Shown here: one piece after another, positions 63,203 to 64,000 of the stretch
How the letters are laid out: every line of letters begins with the position of its first letter
Numbering within the stretch: the first letter of the stretch is position 1
Assembly (NCBI GenBank): GCA_038316195.1
Contig: JBBQAJ010000004.1
Span: 5,199 to 69,198, forward strand
Reading direction: 5' to 3'
Source of the DNA: Candidatus Saccharimonadales bacterium
Lineage (GTDB): Bacteria; Patescibacteriota; Saccharimonadia; Saccharimonadales; JBBQAJ01
Length of the DNA: 64,000 bases
Notes under the pieces: generated by a model
Database searches by the model: none
The model's input: the letters and a program-made list of their open reading frames with translations, nothing else
What the model was told of the DNA's origin: nothing
Made by a program: the position numbers and the translations under genes

Positions 63203-64000
63203 CTATACGTTGAAGCGAAATTCGACGATGTCATTTTGCTTCATAACATAGTCTTTTCCTTCGGTGCGAACTTTTCCTGCAGATTTTGCTTTAGATTCTG
63301 AGCCTTCAGTAATTAAGTCAGTGTAATCAATTATTTGTGCAGCAATAAAACCTCGCTCAAAATCTCCATGTATTACACCAGCTGCTTGAGGAGCAGTTGC
63401 GCCTTTTTTGATTGTCCAAGCTCTAACTTCTTGTTCGCCAGCAGTTAAATAGCTTTGAAGTCCTAACGTGTCGTAGGAGACATGAGTTAGCTTAACCAAG
63501 CCTGACTCCGTTACTCCATAGCTTTCAAGAAGTTCAATTCGATCGTTTTTATCTAGGCTTTTAAGTTCACTTTCTAATTTTGCACAGACAAATATGGCTT
63601 TTGCAGGAGTCACAAAACTAGCTAATTCTGCTTTTTTGGTTTTGTCCGATATGGTTTCTTCATCTATATTGAAAAGATAAATAGTCGGCTTTGCAGTAAG
63701 CAATTGAAGTTGCTCAATCTGAGCGCTAAGTGCTGAGAGTTGAGAGCTGGCGAACAAAGGAGTTCCAGTATCTAGTATTTTTTTGGTTTCTAGCAGTGCT
63801 TTTACATTCGGCAGGAGTTTTGGATTAGCTCTGGCTTCTTTTTCGAGTTTTGGTAAATACCTTTCTATAGTTTGTAAATCTGCTAGGACTAGCTCCGTAT
63901 TGATTACGTCTATATCTTTGCTAGGATCATACTTAGCATCTACATGTAAAACATTGTCATCACTAAATGCACGGACTACATGACATATGGCGTTGCAGGT
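63203..64000 (-). CDS. ychF: redox-regulated ATPase YchF (C-terminal ~266 aa; 5' end outside window)
   Basis: The frame stays open to the window edge, so the TTG at 63757 in the ORF track is internal. The translated upstream part reads ...LVLADLQTIERYLPKLEKEARANPK... The C-terminus is ...GFIAAQIIDY...GKDYVMKQNDIVEFRFNV. Confidence 0.9.
   Translation of the reverse strand, partial: TCNAICHVVRAFSDDNVLHVDAKYDPSKDIDVINTELVLADLQTIERYLPKLEKEARANPKLLPNVKALLETKKILDTGTPLFASSQLSALSAQIEQLQLLTAKPTIYLFNIDEETISDKTKKAELASFVTPAKAIFVCAKLESELKSLDKNDRIELLESYGVTESGLVKLTHVSYDTLGLQSYLTAGEQEVRAWTIKKGATAPQAAGVIHGDFERGFIAAQIIDYTDLITEGSESKAKSAGKVRTEGKDYVMKQNDIVEFRFNV

Noticed and set aside
1-64000. Alternative genetic code with UGA recoded, as in some CPR lineages.
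   Set aside because: Genes end at TGA at the expected lengths (for example 8855-8857, 38640-38642, 47101-47103), and conserved proteins are full-length under the standard code.
1-64000. tRNA, rRNA, tmRNA, RNase P RNA, CRISPR arrays, transposases, integrases, phage genes and recognisable defence or toxin-antitoxin systems.
   Set aside because: I scanned all intergenic gaps over 80 bp by eye. I saw no cloverleaf-type GC stems or T-loop (GTTCGAATC-like) motifs, no spaced direct-repeat arrays and no mobile-element proteins among the ORFs. A covariance-model scan would be needed to be certain for small RNAs.

Overview
AT-rich, gene-dense 64-kb window with about 60 protein genes on both strands. 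I found no rRNA, tRNA, CRISPR array, transposase or integrase by eye. The content is core housekeeping of a small-genome bacterium with Gram-positive-type traits (LPXTG sorting signal, CIRCE operator, VanY). This fits a Patescibacteria/CPR organism, possibly Saccharibacteria-like, but that placement is inference only. Recognisable genes: valS, tsaD, a murE-like ligase, groES-groEL, argS, mscL, msrB, orn, dnaG-rpoD, polA, an otsA-otsB fusion, mutM, holA, rpsT, truB, an ABC-F ATPase, rpsO-pnp, a family-4 UDG, rnj, ftsK, rpsF-rpsR-ssb, efp, tlyA, a Crp-family regulator and partial ychF. Several HAD hydrolases and lineage-specific orphan proteins fill the rest. Main hunt results: (1) a translationally coupled operon of a CDP-alcohol phosphatidyltransferase, a PHP phosphoesterase and an archaeal-type CarS-like cytidylyltransferase, which is my best candidate for an undescribed lipid head-group activation module. 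(2) A leader-peptide attenuator with tandem Arg codons, mutually exclusive hairpins and a terminator 16 nt before the start codon, in front of a GNAT gene and argS. (3) A GC-rich multi-hairpin leader before an EamA transporter. (4) Three DNA enzymes (DnaG, a photolyase-like protein, UDG4) have lost their canonical Zn or Fe-S cysteine ligands. (5) About 25 genes show leaderless architecture, with a -10 box 6-9 nt from the start codon, including a palindromic shared divergent -10. (6) A catalytically degenerate NrnA-like protein, an Arg-type EF-P loop and a CIRCE-controlled groESL promoter. All family assignments come from motif recognition by eye. No searches were run.
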